The notes under the pieces: generated by a model
Told to the model about the DNA's origin: nothing
Database searches by the model: none
The model's input: the letters and a program-made list of their open reading frames with translations, nothing else
Shown: one piece after another, positions 9,334 through 18,900 of the stretch
How positions within the stretch are numbered: the stretch's first letter is position 1
How the letters are laid out: each line of letters starts with the position of its first letter
Translations under genes and position numbers: made by a program
From: an uncultured Acidobacteriota bacterium
Lineage (GTDB): Bacteria; Acidobacteriota; Thermoanaerobaculia; Multivoradales; SZUA-115
NCBI GenBank assembly: GCA_963805975.1
Contig: CAWDVR010000002.1
Location: forward strand, 640,001-704,000
Direction of reading: 5' to 3'
Length of the DNA stretch: 64,000 bases

Positions 9334-9578
9334 AGCAGTCTTGGCGGCTTCGACCGGCGCCCGGCAGCGATCGCCGCCAGCAGCTCGTCGGCCGCCTGGC
9401 CGATCTCCGCGTTCGTCGCGCTCAGCCGCTCGAAGAAACCGGGAGACCAGTCCCCACCGCCGGCCAGCTCTCGCTCCAGAGCACGGACGATGAGGCGGTT
9501 TCTGCTCACTCCGAGGTTACGGGCCCTGCGGTCCGCGGCGTCGAGCAAAGGCCGGGGAATGTGGACGCTGGTCGACAT
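9330..9578 (-). CDS. RHH antitoxin (VapB-like)
   Basis: MSTSVHIPRPLLDAADRRARNLGVSRNRLIVRALE; 4-nt overlap with vapC. Confidence 0.8.
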   Translation of the reverse strand: MSTSVHIPRPLLDAADRRARNLGVSRNRLIVRALERELAGGGDWSPGFFERLSATNAEIGQAADELLAAIAAGRRSKPPRLL

Positions 9579-9685
9579 GCCGCAAATATACTCGCAAACA
9601 TACCAAGAGCGGCAACTCTGAGCCTTGCCGAGCGCCTGTGGCAACCGGGCCAAGCCGCTCCGCGGGCCGGTGCTACCATCCGGTC

Positions 9686-10111
9686 ATGGGCGAGCCGCCG
9701 CGCGGCGCCGGGCCGGACGACCGCACTCTGCTCTTCGACGGCGTCTGCAACCTGTGCAGCGGCTGGGCGCTGTTCGTGATCCGGCGCGACCGCCGCGGGC
9801 TGTTCCGCCTAGCCGCCATCCAGTCCGACGCCGGCAGCGCCATCCTGCGCTGGGCCGGCCTGTCGGAGACGGACCTCGACACCATGGTGCTGGTGGACCG
9901 GGGGCGCGTCTTCACCCGCTCGGATGCCTTTCTCAATGCCGTTCGCTACTTTCCCTGGCCCTGGCCCTGGTTGGCGGCCGGCCTCGTCGTGCCCCGGCGC
10001 CTGCGCAACTGGCTCTACGACCGGGTGGCAAGAAACCGCTACTCCCTTTTCGGCCGCCAGGAGACCTGCATGCTGCCGACCCCGGAGATGCGCGGCCGCT
10101 TTCTCTCCTGA
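9686..10111 (+). CDS. DCC1-like thiol-disulfide oxidoreductase (DUF393)
   Basis: LFDGVCNLC and YDRVARNRY motifs. Confidence 0.88.
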   Translation: MGEPPRGAGPDDRTLLFDGVCNLCSGWALFVIRRDRRGLFRLAAIQSDAGSAILRWAGLSETDLDTMVLVDRGRVFTRSDAFLNAVRYFPWPWPWLAAGLVVPRRLRNWLYDRVARNRYSLFGRQETCMLPTPEMRGRFLS

Positions 10112-10207
10112 GCCCTGGCGCTCCTGGTGAGATTCCAGGCGCCCTCGCGACAGTAGCTCGGTCGAGGGAAATCGCTCCCTCGAGCAACCGAGAAGAGGAG
10201 AGATGCC

Positions 10208-11317
10208 ATGCTGAGACCCGGCGCCACTTCCCTGCGTCCCAAGCGTCTGCTCGCCGCGAGCTTGCTGGTGCTCGCCACGGCCATCCTGGCCAGCCCGCCC
10301 GCGACGGCAGCGGAGCGGGCGACCACCACGTTCGACGCCACGCAGGCCCAGGACCCGCAGTTCTCCGCCACCGCGCCCGAAGCGTTCTGGACGCAGCAGC
10401 GAGTCAAGGCGGCCAAGCCCCTGCCGTTCTACGACGACGATTCCGACCTCGCCAAGGGCAAGGGCCCCGAGGTGCCGCCCGTCGTGGGGCCGTCGGGCCT
10501 CACCGCCGGCGGTCGTCCCCGGCTCAAGCCTCCGACCCCGTCGGCGGTGAGCTCCGGCGAGGCGAGCCCCTCACCGGCCGAGGCGGCACTCCTCGGCACG
10601 CAGAACGTCGGCGACAACACCTTCCTCAACCGGAACACGACCCTCTGGTTCAGCTACCCCTGGGTGACCATCGGCAAGGTGTTCTTCACCACGGTGAGCG
10701 GCTCGGACACCTACTGCTCGGCGTCGGTGATCAGCGGCAACAGCATCATCGTGACCGCCGCCCACTGCTGCTGGGATCGCGGCGCGGGCCAGCCCAACCG
10801 CAACTTCACCTTCGCTCCGGCAGTGCGCGAGGCTACCGCTCCATTCGGCATGTTCGGCTTTCGGCAGGGCCGGGTCCTGGCGGCCTGGACGACCGGCGGT
10901 GGCCGCGCCAACGACGTCTGCGTGCTCAGCCTCAACCCGCGCGGGGACGGCCAGGCGGTGAGCAACGTAGTGGGCTGGCTGGGGCGCTCGTGGAACCAGG
11001 ACCCCACCCAGCACCACTTCGCCTTCGGCTACCCGGGCGCCATCGCCGAGGGGCAGTACAAGTACGAGTGCTCCGCCGAGAGCTATGCCAACTGCGGGGA
11101 CGGCCAGGTTCTGGGGATGGGCTGCAACATGACGGGCGGCAGCAGTGGCGGGCCGTGGGTGCGGATGTTCAAGAAGTTCGAGTCCGGCTCGGTGAACGCC
11201 GTCAACGGGGTGGTGAGCGGCTACGACGAGTGCACGGGCACCGTCGGCCAGTCCTTCAACAGCCCGCGGTTCACCAGCAACAACATCGTGCCGCTCTGCA
11301 CCGCCGAGGGCTGCTAG
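10208..11317 (+). CDS. Secreted trypsin-like (S1) serine protease
   Basis: Signal peptide, TAAHC, ND, MTGGSSGGPW catalytic triad motifs. Confidence 0.88.
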   Translation: MLRPGATSLRPKRLLAASLLVLATAILASPPATAAERATTTFDATQAQDPQFSATAPEAFWTQQRVKAAKPLPFYDDDSDLAKGKGPEVPPVVGPSGLTAGGRPRLKPPTPSAVSSGEASPSPAEAALLGTQNVGDNTFLNRNTTLWFSYPWVTIGKVFFTTVSGSDTYCSASVISGNSIIVTAAHCCWDRGAGQPNRNFTFAPAVREATAPFGMFGFRQGRVLAAWTTGGGRANDVCVLSLNPRGDGQAVSNVVGWLGRSWNQDPTQHHFAFGYPGAIAEGQYKYECSAESYANCGDGQVLGMGCNMTGGSSGGPWVRMFKKFESGSVNAVNGVVSGYDECTGTVGQSFNSPRFTSNNIVPLCTAEGC

Positions 11318-11376
11318 AGCGCCGGCTTCGATCGTTCGGCAGCGCGGGCTCCAGCGCGGGCCCGCGCCCGCCGCGG

Positions 11377-12612
11377 TCAGAGCAGCAGCCAGGCGAGCCC
11401 GACGACTGCGGCGAGCGCGTAGCCGACCCCCACCCGGAGCAGCATGCCGCGGCTGCCGAGCACGGCGACCATGCCGGCCTTGAAGGCCAGGTTGGCGAGC
11501 GTCGCCAGCACCACCAGCCGGGCGCCCACCGCCGCCTCCAGCCGGCCCGCGGAAACCAGGTTCGCGGTCGAGAGCGTGATCGCGTCCACGTCCGTGAGCC
11601 CGGAAACGGCCGCCACCGCGTAGAGCCCTGCCTCGCCCAGGTGTCGGCGGGCCGCCTCGACCGCCACCAGGATCACGGCGTAGAGGAAAGCGAAGATCAG
11701 CGCCGGCTTGAGCTCCGAGGGATTCCCCGCCTCCGGCACCTTGGCCTCGGCCGCCGAGTGCTGGCGCCAGAGCACCAGTGAATAGACCGCGAAGGTGACG
11801 AGGAGCAGGCCCAGGGGCAGGGCGACGGCGGCGAGAAAGGCCGGCGCCACCACGCCGATCTCGACCAGCACGCGCACACAGGCCACTCCGGAAGCGAGGA
11901 TCACCACCAGCGCCGCGAGGCCGCTCGCCGGGGGTGAGGCCTCCGCCCGCCGGGAGTACGAGACCGTGGTCGCCGTGCTCGAGATGGCGCCACCGAGAAC
12001 GCCGGCGAGGAGGGTGCCAACGCGGTCTCCCAGCGCCTTGTAGGCCAGGTAGCCGACCAACCCGAGGCCGACGATCAGCACCACCATGAGCCAGATCTCG
12101 CGCGGGTTGAGCACCTGGTAGGGCCCGAAGGTGCGGTCCGGCAGCACCGGCAGGATCACCAGCGTGATGAGCGCGAACTGCATGATGGCGCGGAAATCGG
12201 CGTCGGCGATCCTCGTGGAGAAGTCGTGGAGCTGCGGCTTCAGGTGCAGCAACACCGCCACCACGCTGCCCACCACGATCGCCACCGGGGCCGGGCCCAC
12301 CACCACGAAGGCGCCGACGCCGAACATCAGGAGCATCGCCACCTCGGTGGTGAGGCCGGGGTCTGCCTTGCCTCCCTCGAGCTTGGCGAGGTTGCCGACC
12401 ACCATCAGCCCGGCGAGGCTGACCAGACCGGCAGCCACCACCCAGCCGCCGAAGGGTTCCGCGAGGTACGCGGTGAGCGTGCCGGAAAGCGTCACCAGCG
12501 CGAACGTACGCACCCCGGCGAGGCGCGACTCCGACCGCTCGCGCTGCAAGCCCACCAGCAACCCCAACCCGAGCGCGATACCGAAGTGGAGAAATATGTC
12601 GGGGAGAGTCAT
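11377..12612 (-). CDS. MgtC/SapB family membrane protein with DUF4010
   Basis: GLLVGLQRE, AGVRTF, GLTTE, ISSTATT, GLTDVDAIT motifs. Confidence 0.88.
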   Translation of the reverse strand: MTLPDIFLHFGIALGLGLLVGLQRERSESRLAGVRTFALVTLSGTLTAYLAEPFGGWVVAAGLVSLAGLMVVGNLAKLEGGKADPGLTTEVAMLLMFGVGAFVVVGPAPVAIVVGSVVAVLLHLKPQLHDFSTRIADADFRAIMQFALITLVILPVLPDRTFGPYQVLNPREIWLMVVLIVGLGLVGYLAYKALGDRVGTLLAGVLGGAISSTATTVSYSRRAEASPPASGLAALVVILASGVACVRVLVEIGVVAPAFLAAVALPLGLLLVTFAVYSLVLWRQHSAAEAKVPEAGNPSELKPALIFAFLYAVILVAVEAARRHLGEAGLYAVAAVSGLTDVDAITLSTANLVSAGRLEAAVGARLVVLATLANLAFKAGMVAVLGSRGMLLRVGVGYALAAVVGLAWLLL

Positions 12613-12653
12613 GGGGAGACCGGAGGTGGTGAAGGGGCAGTACGACTCGGACG

Positions 12654-12947
12654 CTAGCGGCGGCCCGCTCGCGCCGGTTTCGAGGTCGAGGCTCCGCGCG
12701 GGAGGGGGGATCGAGGTGGCGAGTGATGATCCGCATAGGAGTCCAGAAGCCGACGGATCATCCGCTGATATTGCGTCCGATGTGTGGCTGCCTCGCGCTT
12801 GAAGAACTCCACGCTCTTCCTGCTGAGCGAGATGGTGACCTTGACGCCTTCCTCCTGGAAGGCAAGCTCCTCGGGCGGCGGCAGGAAATCCGCGACCACC
12901 TCCAACCTCCCCAACGGCTCATTCGTGTACTTGATTGGTCTGCTCAT
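12654..12947 (-). CDS. CopG/BrnA-like antitoxin-type DNA-binding protein (orphan)
   Basis: DFLPPPEELA...KVTISLSRKSVEFFK...YQRMIRRLLDSY pattern. No toxin ORF adjacent. Confidence 0.7.
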   Translation of the reverse strand: MSRPIKYTNEPLGRLEVVADFLPPPEELAFQEEGVKVTISLSRKSVEFFKREAATHRTQYQRMIRRLLDSYADHHSPPRSPLPRGASTSKPARAGRR

Positions 12948-13001
12948 AGTAGAGCCTCTTCCCCCTTCGCCAGTAGCCGGCAAGCGCCCGGCGCTCGCGT
13001 T

Positions 13002-13169
13002 CTAGGGCCAATACCGTTCACTGAAGCCTCTTGGCTCGTCATCCCCGCGAAAGCGGGGATCCATCTTGGTCTCGTCGCCCGCCCTGGATCCCCGCTTTCG
13101 CGGGGATGACGACAGGAAAAAAAGAGCTCGATTGGAAGACAGTCGCTAAGTGAACAGTATTGGTTCTAG
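13002..13169. mobile_element. MITE-like element with 21-bp terminal inverted repeats ending in CTAG
   Basis: CTAGGGCCAATACCGTTCACT (13002-13022) vs AGTGAACAGTATTGGTTCTAG (13149-13169): 18/21 complementary. No transposase inside. Confidence 0.7.
13036..13112. repeat. REP doublet (REPIN), perfect 28-bp inverted pair
   Basis: TCGTCATCCCCGCGAAAGCGGGGATCCA (13036-13063) and its exact reverse complement (13085-13112). Each unit is itself a hairpin. Confidence 0.9.
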
Positions 13170-13978
13170 GGCTTCTCAGCGGTCGCCGCCGGCTTGAAGA
13201 CCTCGTTCAGCACCCCCGCCAGCCGCACTCCCGCCTGCTGCAGGCGGCGCTCGAGAATCGGCAGCACCTTGAAGGTGTAGGGGTAGCCCAGCCGGGCGTT
13301 ACCGATGTCGTAGACCTGCGGGCGCAGCGCGATCGACTCGCGGAGCCAGTCGGCGATCGTGGCCTTCTGCCACTCGGCGACCTGGGCGGACGGCACTTTT
13401 CGCAGAACCTCGGCGTACTCGGAGAACGACAGGCGGCTGTCGTTGATGATCTCCGAGTCCCACACCGAGTGCAGGTTCGAGATCTTGTCCCCCTGCCAGG
13501 TGACGATGATCTCGTTGCCGCCGCGGTCGGCCCGGCGGCCGATATGGAGCGGCTGGTGAATGTCTCCCACCAGGTGCACTAGCCACTTGAGCGCCGCCGC
13601 CCTGTCCGCCGGGCTGGCGCCGGCGTTGCGAAGAGTGGCGATCGAGGTCTCGAGCGTCAGGAGGGCGTCCCCTTTCGGGTCACGGGCCGTGGTTTCGAGC
13701 GCTTCGCCGTCGTCGATCGAGAAGAAGTGCCAGCGCCACTGGTCGCCCTTCTCCCAGGCCGGGTCGCTGCGCATGTCGTCGGCCCACACGGCGACCCTGG
13801 CGAGCGTCTCGACCCCGAGCAGAGCCTCGACCGCGGCCGTGGCCTCGTCCGACAGGTGGTACTCGGCGATGCGGCCCACGATGCGGTGGCCGGTCGGCCC
13901 CCAGGCCCGGGCGGCGCCCGGCGCCAAGACGGCCCAGGCAGCGGCGGCGAGCAGCAGAAAACGCCTTGTGGTGATCAT
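13166..13978 (-). CDS. S1/P1 nuclease (secreted)
   Basis: Signal peptide then WGPTGH, WADD, HLVGDIHQPLH, NLHSVWDS. Confidence 0.92.
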   Translation of the reverse strand: MITTRRFLLLAAAAWAVLAPGAARAWGPTGHRIVGRIAEYHLSDEATAAVEALLGVETLARVAVWADDMRSDPAWEKGDQWRWHFFSIDDGEALETTARDPKGDALLTLETSIATLRNAGASPADRAAALKWLVHLVGDIHQPLHIGRRADRGGNEIIVTWQGDKISNLHSVWDSEIINDSRLSFSEYAEVLRKVPSAQVAEWQKATIADWLRESIALRPQVYDIGNARLGYPYTFKVLPILERRLQQAGVRLAGVLNEVFKPAATAEKP

Positions 13979-13985
13979 CGCCAGA

Positions 13986-14465
13986 TCATCGCATAGCCCG
14001 GATAAACGCGGCCGTGGCGGCGAGGGCCGTGAGCGTCCGTACGTGGTTCCAGGCCGTCCAGGTGGACAGGTAGCCGGCCCACAGCCGGCCGGCCTCCAAG
14101 CTCACCGGGTCGACGGCCGCGAGCGCGTTGTTGCGCGGCACGTTGCAGACCATCGTCACCAGGATGACCCCGACGAGGTAGAGCAGGCTGCCGGCCAGCC
14201 GGTAGCCCGAGCCCGGCGTGTCCCACCGCCAGAGCGAGTGCGCGGCCAGGAACGCGCAGGCCACCGCCGTACCGAGGAACACCAGCAGGAAGACCGGGTT
14301 GACGATGACGACGTTGATGGACTGCATGGCGGCGATGCCCTGCGCCGAGGGCAGGCGCCCCAGGGCGCTCATCACCGATACCGAGAAGGCGAAGAACAGC
14401 CCGGCCATCAGTCCGCTGCCCAGAGCCGAGCCGAAGGTCAGGCTGAAGAGCAGGTTGTCGAGCAT
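13986..14465 (-). CDS. DUF1772 / anthrone oxygenase family membrane protein
   Basis: AGLFFAFS, AMQSIN, NVPRNNAL, WTAWNHVR. Confidence 0.85.
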   Translation of the reverse strand: MLDNLLFSLTFGSALGSGLMAGLFFAFSVSVMSALGRLPSAQGIAAMQSINVVIVNPVFLLVFLGTAVACAFLAAHSLWRWDTPGSGYRLAGSLLYLVGVILVTMVCNVPRNNALAAVDPVSLEAGRLWAGYLSTWTAWNHVRTLTALAATAAFIRAMR

Positions 14466-14570
14466 CTGCCACCTCCTGCCGCCGGGTAGGCATCCGGGAG
14501 CTCGCTGCCGAAGCGACCGATTCGACGATATCAGTCAGGACATCCATGTCAGGTCCGGCCTCATGAACTA

Positions 14571-14627
14571 GCAACTCAACGGTTGCATTTCTGGGAAGGT
14601 TCCCCTAAGATGCAACCAGGAGGTTGC
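14571..14627. promoter_or_regulatory. Two palindromic operator sites in a divergent promoter region, probably for the downstream ArsR regulator
   Basis: GCAACTCAACGGTTGC (14571-14586) and GCAACCAGGAGGTTGC (14612-14627). The second overlaps the AGGAGG RBS. Confidence 0.6.
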
Positions 14628-14629
14628 TC

Positions 14630-15094
14630 ATGAACGAGACCAGCACGGATCGCATCGAGAAAGAAGTGTTCCTGAAAGCGCCCATCGCGAGGGTCTGGCG
14701 CGCGCTGACCGACGCTGCCGAGTTCGGCCAGTGGTTCGGCGCCGACATGAAGGGCCCTTTCGCGGCCGGTGCGCACGTCCGGGGGAGGGTGACGCAGCCG
14801 GGCTACGAGCACATGACGATGGACATCACGATCGAGCGGATGGAGCCGGAGCGGGTGTTTTCATGGCGCTGGCACCCCGGTGCCGCCGAGCCGGGCGAGG
14901 ACTTCTCGCACGAGCCGACCACGCTCGTGGTGTTCGAGCTGACGGAGGTCGCCGGTGGAACGCGGCTCAAGGTCGTCGAAACGGGCTTCGACCAGCTCCC
15001 TCTCGACCGCCGCGCGAGCGCCCTGCGCGACAACACGGGCGGCTGGATCGAGCAGCTCCAGAACATCGCGAAGTATGTCGGCGAGCAGCACTGA
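14630..15094 (+). CDS. SRPBCC (AHSA1/START-like) protein
   Basis: APIARVWRALTD, FSWRWHP, TLVVFEL, GTRLKVVETGF, GW motifs. Confidence 0.88.
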   Translation: MNETSTDRIEKEVFLKAPIARVWRALTDAAEFGQWFGADMKGPFAAGAHVRGRVTQPGYEHMTMDITIERMEPERVFSWRWHPGAAEPGEDFSHEPTTLVVFELTEVAGGTRLKVVETGFDQLPLDRRASALRDNTGGWIEQLQNIAKYVGEQH

Positions 15095-15431
15095 CCCCCG
15101 CGCGAAGGCGGTGGTGCCCACGGGGGCGGCTCCGGTCTTCGCCGCCCTGGGGGACCCGACGCGGCTTCGTCTGGTTGCCCGCCTCGGCGCCGAGGGGCCG
15201 CTGTCCATCGCCCGGCTCACCGCCGGCACCGCGGTGAGCCGGCAGGCGGTCACCAAGCACCTGCGCGTGCTGGCGGGCGCGGACCTCGCCCGAGCGGTGC
15301 GCCAGGGGCGCGAACAGATCTGGGAGCTGCTGCCCGAGCCGCTCTCCGAGGCGCGCCGCTCACTCGACCTCATCTCGCGTCGTTGGGACGAAGCGCTCGC
15401 GCGCCTCAAAGCTGCGGTGGAAGAAGAGTGA
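15075..15431 (+). CDS. ArsR/SmtB family transcriptional regulator
   Basis: FAALGDPTRLRLV, SRQAVTKHLRVL, GRE motifs. Confidence 0.88.
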   Translation: MSASSTDPRAKAVVPTGAAPVFAALGDPTRLRLVARLGAEGPLSIARLTAGTAVSRQAVTKHLRVLAGADLARAVRQGREQIWELLPEPLSEARRSLDLISRRWDEALARLKAAVEEE

Positions 15432-15445
15432 CCGGCCGCGGCCAG

Positions 15446-15880
15446 TCAGCGCGGCGTGGCCGGCCGCGCTCTGGCCGCACGCCATTCGTCGATCGAAAAC
15501 CGTCCGGCGCCGAGAAGCAACAGGCAGAGCGCGCCGGCCAGCATGGCGGCGGGGTCCAGCGCCTCGCGGAAGGGCATCGCCGGGTGCACCATGACGAGGG
15601 CGACCACGAAGTTCACCACCATGGCGAGCGCCGCCCAGCGTACGAACGCACCGGCCAGGAACAGCACACCGGAGAGGAACTGCGCCGCCACCGACACCAC
15701 GGCCGACGCGAGGGGGAATGGAAACCCGTGCTGGTGCAGGAAGCCCGCGAACTCCTCCATGCGCGCCCAACTGAAGACGTTGTCCTGGGACATGTGGACC
15801 AGAAACGTCCCCGCGAAGAGGCGCAGGAAGAGCGGTGCGAGGTCACGCCGTTCGTCCAGCCAGGCCCACAGTGCGTTCAT
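15446..15880 (-). CDS. DoxX family membrane protein
   Basis: LFLRLFAG, four TM segments, GAGRFSID. Confidence 0.82.
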   Translation of the reverse strand: MNALWAWLDERRDLAPLFLRLFAGTFLVHMSQDNVFSWARMEEFAGFLHQHGFPFPLASAVVSVAAQFLSGVLFLAGAFVRWAALAMVVNFVVALVMVHPAMPFREALDPAAMLAGALCLLLLGAGRFSIDEWRAARARPATPR

Positions 15881-15952
15881 CGGTCCGGTTCCTCGTGAAT
15901 CCCAAACTGGCCAGTGAGTAGGCGTCTCGCGGCGCCGGGCTCGCCCCCGGCC

Positions 15953-18900
15953 TCAAGGGCGCGGCAACGACTTGTCCGGATACGGCGGCGGCGAGGGTAC
16001 CACCGGCGGCTGCTCGCGGATGAGCCGCTGCAAGTGCGCGACCGCGGCCTCGAGCTGCGCGTCGCGGCCGTCGAAGGTGGCCCGCGGCAGGTTCTCGACC
16101 ACGAGGTCCGGCTCGACGCCGTGGCCTTCGATCAACCACCGGCCTTCCGGCCCGTAGACGCCGAACTCCGCCGCCGAGGCGATGCCGTTGTCCACCAGCG
16201 TGTTGCTCGCGGTGAGCCAGATCTCCCCGCCCCAGGAGCGCGCGCCGATCACCTGCCCCAGCCCCAGCCGGCGGAAGCCTTCGGCGAACGCCTCGCCGTC
16301 CGAGGAGGTCCATTCGTTCATCAGCACCACGGCGTGCCCGGCAAAGGCAAATTGCATATTGCGGTAGGGCCAGCCGACCCGCGGCTGCCACCACATCCAC
16401 GCCTTGCGCACGAGCTGGCCCAGCACCCAACTGTCGATGCTGCCGCCGCGGTTGTGCCGCACGTCGATCACCAGGCCCTGGCGCTGGAAGACCGGGAAGA
16501 AGTGCCGCGCCCACTCACTGTAGTTGCCGCCGCCCATGGCCCGCAGGTGGACGTAGCCGATCTCGCCGCCGCCCAGCCGCTCGACCTCCTGGCGCCGGCT
16601 GAGCTCCCAGGCGTCGTAGCGCAGCTCGGTGGCACCCTTGGGGTCGAGCGGCTCGACGATCACCTCGCGCGGCTTGCCCGTCCCGCCGGGCGAGACGGCG
16701 AGCAGCACCTGCTTGCGCGCCTGGTTGCGCAGCAGGGCGCCGGCGTGCGGGGCGGAGAGCGCCGGCACGCCGTTGACGGCGAGGATCACGTCGCCTTCGC
16801 GCACCTCGACCCCCGGCCGCGCCAGAGGCGAGACCTCCTCGGGCACGTCCGGGTCGGCGGGATAGATCTCGACCACGCGCAGGCCGCCGGCCGCCTCGTC
16901 GCGCTCGAGCACCGCACCGAGCGAGGCGGGCTCGATCGGGTCCTCGCCCTTGCGGAGGTCGCCGCCGCTCACGTAGTGGTGGAGCGCCGAGAGCTCGCCG
17001 GTCATCTCGCCGAAGAGGTCGGAGAGCTCGGCGCGGTCCGCCACCCGCGCGAGAAGCGGCCGGTACTTGTCGAGCACGCCCTGCCAGCCGACGCCGTGCA
17101 TGCCGGGGTCGTAGAAGTAGTCCCGCAACAGGCGCCAGCTCTCGGTGAGCATCTGCCGCCATTCCTCCTGCGGATCGAGGAGGACCTTCCAGCCCGCGAG
17201 GTCCACGCGGTGCTCGGCGAGGTCGGCGATCGCCTCGGCGGTCGCGGGGCGGACGAAGAGCTCCTTGCCCTTGCGCAGCAGGAGCTTCTTGCCGTCGGCC
17301 GAGAGCTCGTAGTCGCCGAGGCCGGAGTGCAGGGTCTTGGGCTCCGCCCCCTCGCGCTTCACCGGCAGCACCACCAGCTCCTGCTCCTCGGACTCGGCCG
17401 CCGCCGAGAGGTAGAACAGCAGCTCGCCGTTGGTGGCGAGGGCACCGTAGTTGCCGGCCGGCGCGGGGGCGACGAACAGCCGCTCGGCCAGGCCCTCGGC
17501 GTCGATCTCGACGCGCACCTCGCTCGCCGAGGCTCTCTTGGCCGCGGCCTCGTCTTTCGCCTTCCCCGCTTCCGGCTGCGCGGCGGTGGTCAGCTCGTTG
17601 GGCGCGGCGAACGGCGAGTCGAGCCCGGCGCGGAGCGCCAGGAAGTAGATGCGGGTCTTGCGGTCGAGCCACGGGCTCGGCTGGTAGCTGCCCCACGGGC
17701 TCTGCGACACGGAGTTGAGCGTGCGGTTCGACAGGAAGTAGAGATAGCGGCCGTCCGGCGAGAAGACCGGGCTGAAGTTGTCGAAGCGGTCGCTGGTGGC
17801 GTCGAGACGGCGACCGGTTGCCACCTCGTAGAGGCGGATGCGGGTGAAGAAGTTCTCGGAGGGCACCCTGTAGGCCAGCCAGCGGCCGTCCGGCGACCAG
17901 GTGAAATCGAACACGTCGCCGAGCTCCGAGCGGTCCACCCGGCTGAGCTTCCGGCTCGCCACCTCCACCACCCACAGCTCCTGGTTCTTGTCGGTGAAGG
18001 CGATGCGCGCTCCGTCCGGCGAGGCCAGGCCGTCGAAGCGCAGCACGGTGCCGCCCTCGGTGAGCCGCCGCGGCGCTGCGAGGCCCCGCGCGTCGAGCGT
18101 CCAGACCTCCACCTCGCCGCTCTCGTCCGAGAGCACGGAGAGCGACTTGCCGTCCGGCAGGAAACGGGCGCTCCGGTAGCGCACGCCCGGCCGGCGGCTC
18201 GCCTCCACCAGCCGCCCGGCCTCGACCGGCACCACGAACACCTGTCCGCGGGCGGTCGCCACCACGCGGTCGCCGGAGGGCGAGAGGTGGGCGGCCGTCA
18301 AGTAATCCATGGGCTCGTCGAGCCAGCGCTCGCGCCGCTGGTCGAAGTCCGAGGCCAGGGTGATGGGGAGCAGCCGGTCCTCGCCCGTCGCGAGGTCCAG
18401 CAGGCGCAGGTCGGCGCCGAGCTGGTAGGCGACCCGGCCCGCAGACAGGCTGGGCGAGCGCAGGTCCCAGCCATGGTGGCGGGTGTGCTGGGTGAGCCCG
18501 GTGCCGTCCTCCTCCATGGACCACAGGTTCAGCGTGCCGTCGCGGTCGCTCGCGAAGTAGACCCGACCCTGCCACCACGAGGGCCAGCGGCTGGTGCCGG
18601 CGAAGTCGGCGGTGAGCGGCCGGGCCTCGCCGTCGCCCTCGGCAAAGCGCCAGAGGTTCTGCGCCGTACCTCCGCGGTAGCGCTTGGTGAAGCTCGGCTG
18701 CGGCGAGAAGCGGGTGAAGAAGAGGGTCTTTCCGCTCGGCTCGTAGGCGGCCTCGCTCGCCTGCGCGAGCGGCAGCAGGCGCTCCGCCAGCGTCTTCGGG
18801 TCGACGATCACGAGCTGGTAGTTGGGCAGGGTCGAGAAGTGGCGCGTCGTGTAGATCACCTCGCCGGCCGGCGTCCAGCCGGCCACGTGCGCCGTCTCTC

